From Thermoplasmata archaeon (lineage in GTDB: Archaea > Thermoplasmatota > Thermoplasmata > Lutacidiplasmatales > UBA184): DNA of 64,000 nt. Both the position numbers and the translations under genes were made by a program. This document shows positions 27,780-36,134 of this stretch, in pieces. The stretch is from NCBI GenBank assembly GCA_035507575.1, contig DATJNY010000019.1, forward strand, positions 17,681 to 81,680, read 5' to 3'. The notes under the pieces were generated by a model. The model was not told the DNA's origin. It was given only the letters and a program-made list of their open reading frames with translations, and did not search any database. The number at the start of each line of letters is the position of its first letter. Position 1 is the first letter of the stretch.

Positions 27780-27867
27780 GATTCGAACCCACGTTGGAGG
27801 GTTTCCCCGGCCCCGTTCGGGGGGCCACGAAGGCCCTCTATCCTTGACCGGACTAGACTACGGGAGC
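27768..27867 (-). tRNA. tRNA-Glu(TTC) with a 25-nt intron at 37/38 (27803-27827); C at position 33
   Basis: Acceptor GCTCCCG/CGGGAGC, D-stem GTCT/GGAT, anticodon stem GAGGG/CCCTC, T-arm GTGGG-TTCGAAT-CCCGC. BHB motif: helix CCTT/GGGG, bulges CGT and AAA, intron stem GGCCCC/GGGGCC. U11-A24, U13.G22 and a 4-nt variable loop fit Glu. No encoded CCA. Confidence 0.88.
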
Positions 27868-28011
27868 ACCGACCGAGCGAGGCGCGGACTCCCTTGAAAG
27901 TTCCCCCAGTCGCGGGGCGCGGCCCGGCCCCCCGGCGAGGGGAGTTCCGCGCCCCATCCCCGATTACCTTCGAAGTCTACGGGAAGTTCAGGGGGAGGAC
28001 GGTTACCCCCG

Positions 28012-28683
28012 GTGCTCCATCGGGCACGGGGGGAACAGCGTATCCCGGCGTCGTCGTCGAAGCCGGACCCGGAGGAGGGGGGGATCTCCATCGCCCGGGA
28101 GGGGGCCGGTGCCGAGTTCCTTCGCCGACGGATCGAGCGGCCACCGAGGATCGGGCTCTACGTGCTGCTGGGACTCGGGGCGATGACGCTGGGAACCGGG
28201 GCGATCGCCTGGCTGCTCGCGCCGACCTCGCTCGCGATCGGTCTGGGCGCGTTGGGCACCGTGCTGATGACGCTCGGGTACGTGCAGCATCGGCTGTACC
28301 GTCGCGATCTCGCGCATTGGCCGGACCGGGCGGTCCTCTGGGACGGGGGAATCGAACTCGTGCTGCACAACGGGGAGGTTCGAGGGGTCTCCTGGACGGA
28401 CCCCGATCTCGCGATCGACCTGGTCGCGCGCCCGGCGCCCGCCCCGGCGGGGCGCGAATTCCTCCTCGTCTGGATGACGGAAGGGAAGATCCCCTCCGTG
28501 GAGATCACCGAGGATGCATTCGATCGTCTCCGCGGCGTCGCGGTGCGGCACGAGCTCGCCGTCACGTCGCGGCGGCACGGGCGGACCGGCACCGAACGTG
28601 AGACGGTGGAGATCCGCCAAAGCCCGGCCCGACAACTGGGCTCGCCCTCCGCGATCGAACGGACGGAGCCCAGCCCTCGGTGA
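28012..28683 (+). CDS. Hypothetical membrane protein (2 TM plus PH-like domain)
   Basis: Two TM helices, then 'LWDGGIELVLHNGEVRGVSW' and 'ITEDAFDRL'. Host-like codon usage; start is uncertain. Confidence 0.75.
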   Translation: MLHRARGEQRIPASSSKPDPEEGGISIAREGAGAEFLRRRIERPPRIGLYVLLGLGAMTLGTGAIAWLLAPTSLAIGLGALGTVLMTLGYVQHRLYRRDLAHWPDRAVLWDGGIELVLHNGEVRGVSWTDPDLAIDLVARPAPAPAGREFLLVWMTEGKIPSVEITEDAFDRLRGVAVRHELAVTSRRHGRTGTERETVEIRQSPARQLGSPSAIERTEPSPR

Positions 28684-28697
28684 ACCCGGCGGGGACG

Positions 28698-29147
28698 CTA
28701 CGGGGCCGCGGGCGGGCCGACGACCAGGGTGATGTTCAACACGCCCGAGTAACCGCTCGTCGGAGCCTGGATCGTGAGGTTCGTGTACTGAACGGGCTCG
28801 TTCACGATCGTGACGGCGACCAGTGAGAACGGTGCGGCCACGCTCGCGCCCTTGAAATTGTAGCAGAACAGCTCGCACGTCTCGGTCAGCGCGAACTTCT
28901 GCCCCGCGTGCACGGTGAACCCCGCGCTCGTGGCGGCGAGCGATCCGGCGGCATACCAGGTGACGGACGTGATGTCGACGGTCGGCGGCGGGCTGGCGAT
29001 CGCGTAGGCGTCCGCCGCCACCAGAGCGAGGAGGACGACGGCCGCGACTCCGATCGCGAGCTGGATCCAGCGGATCCGGAGCCTGGGAAGACGACCGAGC
29101 CCGGCCTGGTCGTAGCCCCCGTAGAACGTCGCCACGGCATCGTGCAT
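28698..29147 (-). CDS. Hypothetical membrane-anchored exported protein
   Basis: One TM helix, then a beta-rich Ig-like segment with a CELFC pair. Confidence 0.7.
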   Translation of the reverse strand: MHDAVATFYGGYDQAGLGRLPRLRIRWIQLAIGVAAVVLLALVAADAYAIASPPPTVDITSVTWYAAGSLAATSAGFTVHAGQKFALTETCELFCYNFKGASVAAPFSLVAVTIVNEPVQYTNLTIQAPTSGYSGVLNITLVVGPPAAP

Positions 29148-29570
29148 CGGTCGGGGTCACGCCGAAGCCAGTTCCGCTCGGACCGGGTCGAATGGCGTGG
29201 GATTCCTGCCCCCCTCAGGACGTGGTGGTCGCGGAATGGATCCCGCTCGATGAAAGACGGTCGCTCCTCGTACTTGAGGACGGCCTTCGACTACCGAAAA
29301 CACGGAAACTACGAAGGAGTCGGCGCCCCTTACGGATCTCGAGGTGGAGCACGCTCCGCCCCGGCTCCCCCGGTGACGCGATCGAGCGGGAATCCCCCCG
29401 CGAACGATTCTCGGATCGGGCCCCTTCCGCCGCAAAGGCTGTTCGGGCGAGACGGCCTCGAGGGACCGGAGTCCCCGGACGTCGACCGTCTCCTCGAACA
29501 CCGTCGCGGGAGTCCCAACGCCGGATGTCGAAGGGCGGGGGAGCCCCTACCTCGGCCGGTCGCAGCGGGG

Positions 29571-30101
29571 CTACATCCAGAGGGCCATCAGGACCTCGTC
29601 GTCGGGCCGCCCGTCGAGCAGGACCTCGCCCTTCAACCGGCCCTCTTCCGCGAATCCCATCTTCCGGTACAGGGCGATCGCCCGCTCGTTCGAGGCGAAG
29701 ACCCCGAGCTTGACCTTGCGGACCCCGAGGCTCCGGGCCCACTCGAGTCCGCTCTCCATCAGCATGCGCCCGATCCCGCTCCCCCGGTGCTCCGGGAGGA
29801 CGGCCATGCCGAGCTCGGCCGTGTGCGCGTTCTTCGACCATTTGCCCCGGGCGAAATTCGCTCCGGCGACGACCTGGCCGCCGACCTCGGCTACGAGCCA
29901 CAGGTTGAAGCGGGGATCGTTGTCCCGGAACTGGGTGCGGATCTCGTCAGCCGTCCGGGGGAATTTCTCGGTCATCAGGTAGATCTTCTCTGCGGCGACG
30001 CGGTCGAAGTTCGCCACCCACGCCTCCGCGTCGTCGGGCCGAGCCGCACGAACGACAACCACGGATCCGTTCCGCAACCGGGCCGTGACGGGGAGCGGCA
30101 T
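29571..30101 (-). CDS. GNAT family N-acetyltransferase
   Basis: 'HTAELGMAVLPEHRGSGIG' and 'VFASNERAIALYRKMGF'. Confidence 0.9.
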   Translation of the reverse strand: MPLPVTARLRNGSVVVVRAARPDDAEAWVANFDRVAAEKIYLMTEKFPRTADEIRTQFRDNDPRFNLWLVAEVGGQVVAGANFARGKWSKNAHTAELGMAVLPEHRGSGIGRMLMESGLEWARSLGVRKVKLGVFASNERAIALYRKMGFAEEGRLKGEVLLDGRPDDEVLMALWM

Positions 30102-30148
30102 CCGTGGCCCCACACCGGCGCGCGGGGAAATCGTTTCGCGCGGAAGCG

Positions 30149-30844
30149 CTAGGCGCCCTTCGTGAGCCGTCGTACGAGGCGGGCCGGGGTGGCGTAGAGC
30201 ACCCTCTCCAGATCCGGCTCCCGAACGCCCGCCCCGAGCGCGATCCGCCGGGCCTGCTCGATCGGGATCAGATCGTGCACGCTGTGCGCGTCGGAGTCGA
30301 CCACGAGATCCGCTCCCGCCTCCAGGGCGAGCCGGGTGACGAGTCCGTTGCAGAGGCTGTGGCCCCGTCGTCCCGAGATTTCGAGCGCCACGCCGTTCGC
30401 TTTCGCGAGGTCGGCGTCCTTCGCGTCCAGCAGCCCCGGGTGCGCGAGGACATCGACCTCACCGGACTCGAGGGCGGCGTGGTTGGTCCCGCGGGGCACG
30501 TGCTCCACGATCGTTTCCCCGTGCACGATGACAATCTGAGCGCCCGCGCGACGGCAGGCGCGCGCGGTCTCGGCGATGCGGCGCGGCGGCACCTTGGTGA
30601 GCTCGACGCCGACCAGGGGAATAAACGAGGTGCCGTCCCAGGCCGCGGCTTCCTGGAACAATCGCGTCAGGAGCGGTCGGGGATCCTCGAGGGCGAGGTG
30701 GTCGGTCAACGCGAGCGCCCGGTGATCGAGCGCTTCCGCTTCGTTCCACATCTCGGTCGGCGAGGTCGTACCGTCGGTGAGAAAGGAGTGCGAGTGGAAG
30801 TCCATCCGGCGCCGTATCGAGCGATTCGGACGCCGTTCGGACAT
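30149..30844 (-). CDS. Archaeal PHP-domain phosphoesterase (histidinol-phosphatase-like)
   Basis: 'DFHSHSFLTDG', 'ALTDH', 'GVELT', 'VHGETIVE', 'LAHPG', 'DSDAH'. Confidence 0.88.
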   Translation of the reverse strand: MSERRPNRSIRRRMDFHSHSFLTDGTTSPTEMWNEAEALDHRALALTDHLALEDPRPLLTRLFQEAAAWDGTSFIPLVGVELTKVPPRRIAETARACRRAGAQIVIVHGETIVEHVPRGTNHAALESGEVDVLAHPGLLDAKDADLAKANGVALEISGRRGHSLCNGLVTRLALEAGADLVVDSDAHSVHDLIPIEQARRIALGAGVREPDLERVLYATPARLVRRLTKGA

Positions 30845-30970
30845 CGGCGCCCGGTCAGCGGTCGCAGGGCTTAGGGTTTCGGGCCGACGGGCCCCCGTCG
30901 GGTCGGACCGGGACCGATTGCGGGGGAATCGTTGTAGCCTTCGATGGTTCGCGGTCGTAGGTCCCCTCCG

Positions 30971-31528
30971 ATGACCGCCCGCCGTCGACGCGCAAAGCCG
31001 CCCACCTACTCGGTCCGCCCGAGCCGTCGGGCCGACACCGAGGTGCTCGTCCGGCACCGCCAGGGCATGTGGAAGGACATCGGCATCCACACCCCCGACG
31101 AGATCCGGAAGGCCGGTCCCCGCTACCGCTGGTGGTTGGGCCGGGAGTCGCGGGCCCGCCGGTTCTTCGGCTTCGTCGCGGTCGGCACGAAGGGGGAGGT
31201 CGTGGGGAGTGGCGCCGTTTGGCTCCAGCCGAGCCAGCCGCGCCCTGGCGCACTCGCCCGGCTCGAAATGCCGTACATCATGTCGATGTACACCGAGCCG
31301 GCGTTCCGTCGCCGAGGCGTCGGGACCCTCCTTGTCGCCGAAATGATTCGTTGGGCTCGCCGGCGCGGATTCGCCCGGATCACCCTCCACGCGTCCGCCC
31401 AAGGTCGACCGATTTATCGAGATCTGGGATTCGAAGGGTCCAACGAGATGCGCCTCAGCTTGGTCGGTGGGACGTCGTCCCCTCCACGGGCGAAGACGGC
31501 GCCCGGCCGACGCCGTCGGCGGGTCTAG
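30971..31528 (+). CDS. GNAT family N-acetyltransferase
   Basis: 'YIMSMYTEPAFRRRGVG' and 'LHASAQGRPIYRDLGF'. Confidence 0.88.
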   Translation: MTARRRRAKPPTYSVRPSRRADTEVLVRHRQGMWKDIGIHTPDEIRKAGPRYRWWLGRESRARRFFGFVAVGTKGEVVGSGAVWLQPSQPRPGALARLEMPYIMSMYTEPAFRRRGVGTLLVAEMIRWARRRGFARITLHASAQGRPIYRDLGFEGSNEMRLSLVGGTSSPPRAKTAPGRRRRRV

Positions 31529-31576
31529 AGCGGCCCTCGCGCACCGCGCAGAGGGAGCCACCCTCGTCAGTCGTAC

Positions 31577-31631
31577 ATGGGCAGGTTGCAAGCGCACTTG
31601 CACCCATCGGAAAAAGGGGAAGGAAGGGGTT
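31577..31631. terminator. Putative terminator between convergent genes: hairpin plus pyrimidine tract on the minus strand
   Basis: TGCAAG-CGCA-CTTGCA hairpin flanked by ATGGG/CCCAT. Adjacent purine run AAAAAGGGGAAGGAAGGGG (pyrimidine-rich on the minus strand). Confidence 0.5.
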
Positions 31632-31654
31632 AGTCACGGGGATCCGGGTTCCCC

Positions 31655-33154
31655 TTAGACGACCTGGTAGAGTCCGACCTCAGCCGTCGCCGACGCCAAC
31701 GCCGCGTTGTTCGCCGGGTCCGTCACGAAGGTGATGAACTCTTGCGCGACGCCGGTGAGGGGCTCCAAGGAGATCAGCTCGAACGGGCGTCCGCCCACAA
31801 ACTGATCCACAGTCTCGCTGGCCGTTAGGCCGGCAGAGATGGTGCCCGAGGTTCCGGTCGTCGGTACCACACCACCGTAGACAAAGCTCGAACTAGGCGT
31901 CGTAACCGGCAAGCCTGCTCCAGAGATGTTCTGTCCCAATCCTAGGAATGGCACGATTCCGATGTTCGCCGTCGTCCGAGCGAGCCCATCCGAGGCGTAG
32001 CCAATGGCGTTGGCGCTCGCAGCGACGTCGGACAGGACTCCGGGATTACCGTTTCCCTGCTGGCCAGTCGGGTAGCTGAACCCACAGTCTGAGAGGAGGT
32101 TGTTGCTCCCGCATCCGCCGTACCCAAGGTTGGAGAATCCCGTGCCAGTCTGGGTCGTCGCAAAGCTGGATGACGACGAGGATGGGCCGCTTCCGTACCC
32201 GAGGACCTTGGCCTCGAACGTCTGTGTGGTTCCGCTTGCGTCAGAGCGCTCGATCGGAACAATCGGGGCAAGTGGTCCAGCGCCCGCCGTCGGAGTCATG
32301 ACGTACGGACCCGCGCAGATTGTCCACCCGCACGGACTAGCGTCCGTCAACGGTGTCACAATGTCGTTCGCCGCTTGTCCAGTGCCGCCCACACTATCAG
32401 CGCCCATCGCTCCAGCGGTGGTGGCACCAACGCCCGTCGGCTCTTCGGTTACCTCTACCCCGCCGTTAGACACGATTGTGTTGTTTACCCCGGCCGGAAT
32501 CTGGTCCCACAGCAGTGGCGTCCCAATCGTCGCCGTCACACCAAGCGTCGCAAAGTGCTCTCCGTTGAAGGTCCCGAGCTGGTGAATCGTTGGCGAGCTC
32601 GAACTGCCAGCTTCATAGATCGCATTCAGAGTGTCTGCACTCATGCTTCGGATGCCGTGGGAGTTCCCGCTCTGGATGACCACATCGACTGCGTCGTAGG
32701 CGACCGTCGTAATTGTAATGGTCGACGCATACTGCGAAGCGCATCCATAGCTGGACTCCAGTGTGGCGACAGTCTGCGGCGTGGAAGAAGCGCCGAGGTT
32801 GATGTTCCCCTCGCAGAGAGCGATCATCCCCGCGCCAGTTCCGCCTTGGTTGTCGCTCACGACGACATCCGAATTGTTCTGCTCGAACCAGCTTACCGCT
32901 AGCGAGCTGAACGGATACACGGACGTGCTCCCGCCGATGGTCAGCGTCGGCTCCGCGTGTTGCGTGCCGATGCCTCCCGTGATGTTCCCTTGCCAAACGA
33001 CGAGCCAGAGATAGAGCGCCGCCGCCGCCGCGACCGCGATCAGGATCAGGATCAGCGTCGCCACGACCGGCGACACCGCCCGAGCCCGATTCTGGCCGCG
33101 CCACGCGCGTCGGAACCGCTGGCCGCGTTCGACTCTCTTCGTTTTCGCGCTCAT
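31655..33154 (-). CDS. Archaeal type IV pilin (class III signal peptide) fused to a PstS-family phosphate-binding domain
   Basis: Basic leader ending RA|VSPVVATLILILIAVAAAAALYLWL. PstS motifs 'LTIGGSTSVYP', 'GGTGAG', 'VAYDAV', 'RSDASGT', 'AIGY', and 'GRPF...AQEFITFV'. Confidence 0.88.
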   Translation of the reverse strand: MSAKTKRVERGQRFRRAWRGQNRARAVSPVVATLILILIAVAAAAALYLWLVVWQGNITGGIGTQHAEPTLTIGGSTSVYPFSSLAVSWFEQNNSDVVVSDNQGGTGAGMIALCEGNINLGASSTPQTVATLESSYGCASQYASTITITTVAYDAVDVVIQSGNSHGIRSMSADTLNAIYEAGSSSSPTIHQLGTFNGEHFATLGVTATIGTPLLWDQIPAGVNNTIVSNGGVEVTEEPTGVGATTAGAMGADSVGGTGQAANDIVTPLTDASPCGWTICAGPYVMTPTAGAGPLAPIVPIERSDASGTTQTFEAKVLGYGSGPSSSSSSFATTQTGTGFSNLGYGGCGSNNLLSDCGFSYPTGQQGNGNPGVLSDVAASANAIGYASDGLARTTANIGIVPFLGLGQNISGAGLPVTTPSSSFVYGGVVPTTGTSGTISAGLTASETVDQFVGGRPFELISLEPLTGVAQEFITFVTDPANNAALASATAEVGLYQVV

Positions 33155-33394
33155 TTCTCTTCGTTTCCCCTCTTTGTTTTCTTGCAGTTGCTGTCTCGCT
33201 GCCGCGGGACCCTCCCTGCACGCATCGAACCGGGGAGTGGGTTGATAGCCGCCCTCGAAGGAGAAGTCGTAGGAAGTCGAACCCTCCGGCTAACTCCGTA
33301 CGAGCGTGGTCCGTCGTGTCGTGAATGGTCACCTTCGAAGAATACGGAAACTCCGGGCGGCCCGTTCATCGCGCGACCTCGTCTTCCCGATTGG

Positions 33395-35176
33395 ATGCCG
33401 AGTCCCAGCGGGGAGTCCGTCGTCGTTCCCGGCCTGAGAGAGCAACTCCCCCTCCCCCTACGGAAGGGGATCCCGGCGGGTGCGAAGCCCAAGGATCGGG
33501 AGACGCTGCTTCGGGAAGGGAAGGATCTCGAGCGCGTACTCGTCCGTCGCGTGGCGGTTCCCGAGAAGGTTTTGATCCAGGCCGAGCTCGGCTACATGCG
33601 CCGCCAGCTCCAGGGAGATCGGCGGAAGGTCGACATCACCTACGGCGTGAACCCCCCGTTCGCGTTCGTTCACATTTCCTTCAATGCGCCGACCGGTGAG
33701 TTCGACTACGATGTCCTCGAGCCGAAGCTGACGGACTCGGAACGATCCCTCGGTTCGGAGATCCGGGCGAAGATGGAGACGATCATGGGGCAGGAGGAGA
33801 TCCCCATCACCGAGGGGGTGGCCCTCGGGGAGTCGCAAGAGCTCAAGGACTACCTCCAAGAAAAGTTCCTGACGGTGCTGGATCTCTACAATATCGACGT
33901 CGCCCCGAAGCGCCAGCCGGTGATGCTGTACTACCTCTTCCGGGAGTTTCTCGGATTCGGGCAGACCGACCCGATCCTCCGCGACCCCTTCCTCGAGGAC
34001 ATCAGCTGCCTCGGGCCGCGCGTCTACATGTACGTGTTCCACCGCGTGTTCGGCTCCCTGCGGACCAACGTGCTCTACTCGAGCGAGATGGAGCTCAACA
34101 AGTACGTTTTCCGGCTCGCGCAGATCGCCGGGAAGCACATCTCCGTCTACCAGCCGATCCTGGACGCCACCCTCCAGGACGGGAGCCGGATCAATCTCAC
34201 GCTCGGGACCGAAGTCACCCGGAAGGGCTCGACGTTCAGCATCCGAAAATTCTCGGCCGATCCGGTATCCCCCATCGACCTGCTGCAGTTCGGCTCGGTG
34301 TCTCCGCACGTGCTCGCCTATTTCTGGAGCCTGATCGAGCACCACCGGTCGATTCTCATCTCGGGCGGAACGGCGGCCGGGAAGACGACGTTCCTCAACG
34401 CGATCTCGATGTTCATCCGACCCGAGGACAAGATCGTCTCGATCGAGGACACACCCGAGATCCAGATCGACCACGAGAACTGGATCCAGTCCGTGGCACG
34501 AACCGGCTACGGCGCCGCTTCGGGAGTGTCGTCGGGGGCATCGGGAGTCTCGGGCCTCTCGTCAACGGCGGGCAAGACGGCCGGGAGCGTGACCCTCTTC
34601 GACTTGCTGGTGGCGGCGCTCCGCCAGAGACCAGAGTACGTGATTGTCGGGGAGGTGCGGGGCGTGGAGGCGTTCACGCTGTTCCAGGCGATTTCGGTCG
34701 GGCACGCCTCGATGTCCACGATTCACGCCGGATCCATCGCGGAGCTCGTCCACCGCGTGGAGAATGAGCCGATGAACATTCCGCGGGTGCTGTTTCAGGC
34801 GCTCGATGCGGTCGCCTTTCCGACGCAGGTCGTCGTGGGACGCAACCGGGTGCGTAGGGTCGTCGGCGTTACCGAGATTCTCGGGGTGGATCCATCCACC
34901 AACGAGCTCCTCACGAACGACGTCTTCCACTGGAGTCCCAGCACCGACTCCTTCCAATTCCTCGGCCGGAGCTTCGTCCTCGAAGAGGTAGGAGAGCGGA
35001 CTGGGAAGAGCATCGACGCCCTGACGGCGGAACTCCAACGCAAGGCGACGTATCTCGATCTGATGACCCGCCTTGGGCTCACGTACTTCCGAGACGTGAG
35101 CCGGGCGATCGGGTCGTATTACGTGGCGCCCGACGACGCGATCCGCGAATTGGAGCGACGGATCACCGCCCGCTGA
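33395..35176 (+). CDS. Type IV pilus/archaellum-family assembly ATPase (FlaI/PilB/TadA-like)
   Basis: ATG at 33395. 'YDVLEPKL', 'DPFLEDISC', 'FSIRKF', Walker A GGTAAGKTT, 'SIEDTPE', 'ALRQRPEYVIVGEVRG', 'STIHA'. Confidence 0.93.
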   Translation: MPSPSGESVVVPGLREQLPLPLRKGIPAGAKPKDRETLLREGKDLERVLVRRVAVPEKVLIQAELGYMRRQLQGDRRKVDITYGVNPPFAFVHISFNAPTGEFDYDVLEPKLTDSERSLGSEIRAKMETIMGQEEIPITEGVALGESQELKDYLQEKFLTVLDLYNIDVAPKRQPVMLYYLFREFLGFGQTDPILRDPFLEDISCLGPRVYMYVFHRVFGSLRTNVLYSSEMELNKYVFRLAQIAGKHISVYQPILDATLQDGSRINLTLGTEVTRKGSTFSIRKFSADPVSPIDLLQFGSVSPHVLAYFWSLIEHHRSILISGGTAAGKTTFLNAISMFIRPEDKIVSIEDTPEIQIDHENWIQSVARTGYGAASGVSSGASGVSGLSSTAGKTAGSVTLFDLLVAALRQRPEYVIVGEVRGVEAFTLFQAISVGHASMSTIHAGSIAELVHRVENEPMNIPRVLFQALDAVAFPTQVVVGRNRVRRVVGVTEILGVDPSTNELLTNDVFHWSPSTDSFQFLGRSFVLEEVGERTGKSIDALTAELQRKATYLDLMTRLGLTYFRDVSRAIGSYYVAPDDAIRELERRITAR

Positions 35177-35179
35177 GCC

Positions 35180-36130
35180 ATGTTCGAGCCAGCGCCCACC
35201 CCGACGCAGAGGACGCGCTCCCCCGGGACGTCGGCGGGGAAGAAGAGGGTCGGTTCGATCGCGGAGAGCTACCGTAGTTTCGCGTACGGCCTGTTTGGGG
35301 AACGGTTCGACCGAGGCGAGGGGGACCCACTTCTCTCCGAGAGGCTGAAGCGGGCGGGCTACGACGTGAGCCCGGGGATGTTTCGCGGGGTCACCATCCT
35401 GACGGCGATCATCGCGGTCGCGGTCACCTTGCCGTTCACGTTGATCCTGTTCCTGCTTCTGATCCACGTCGGGTTTTGGTACGGCTACGTGGTCCTGGTC
35501 CTCGCCGTGACCGTAGGGGCCGTGTTTCTCGGGTTCAGCTCCCTCGTCAGCACACGGATCGCCAACCGAAAGGACCAGCTCGACCGCGAGTTGCCCTTCA
35601 CCTTGAGCGAGCTCTCGGTGCTCGCCAGCACGGGCACGTCTCCCGTTCAGCTCGTCCGCAGGATGGCGGACCGCGATCACGACCTGGCGATGACCGGCGA
35701 GTTCAAGCGCGTCGTCTACAAGATCGATCTCGAGGGCAAGGATCTGATTTCGGCGCTCGCCGAGACCGGTAAGGCCTCCGCGTCGAGCTCGGTCCGGGAA
35801 GCGTTCTGGGATCTCGCGAACATGATCCACCAGGGCGGCAGCCTGGACGAGTACCTTCGGACGAAGGCCGACGACGTGCTGAAGCTAAAGCGGATGATTC
35901 AGAAGCAATTCATCGAGCGTCTCTCGACATTCCTCGACATGTACGTCTCGCTCGTGCTCGTCGGCGTACTGATGATCGCCGTGGGGGCGTTCTTGATCAA
36001 CGCCCTCGGCCAGACCGTGGCGGGGCTCGACGCGAACGAGCTGTTGCTCGTGCTCACGTTCGGGCTCGTTCCGCTCGCGGTCGTCATGACCGTGATCATG
36101 ATCTCGATCGCGTACGCGAGGGCCGAGTGA
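35180..36130 (+). CDS. Type IV pilus membrane platform protein (TadC/FlaJ, T2SS-F family)
   Basis: TM pair, 'RKDQLDRELPFTL', 'EFKRV...GKDLISAL', C-terminal TM pair. Lies directly after the ATPase. Confidence 0.9.
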   Translation: MFEPAPTPTQRTRSPGTSAGKKRVGSIAESYRSFAYGLFGERFDRGEGDPLLSERLKRAGYDVSPGMFRGVTILTAIIAVAVTLPFTLILFLLLIHVGFWYGYVVLVLAVTVGAVFLGFSSLVSTRIANRKDQLDRELPFTLSELSVLASTGTSPVQLVRRMADRDHDLAMTGEFKRVVYKIDLEGKDLISALAETGKASASSSVREAFWDLANMIHQGGSLDEYLRTKADDVLKLKRMIQKQFIERLSTFLDMYVSLVLVGVLMIAVGAFLINALGQTVAGLDANELLLVLTFGLVPLAVVMTVIMISIAYARAE

Positions 36131-36134
36131 CCCG

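Noticed and set aside
34508..34590. Short repeats (TCGGGAGT) inside the assembly ATPase
   Set aside because: They encode an in-frame Gly/Ser loop expansion, with no sign of a separate element.
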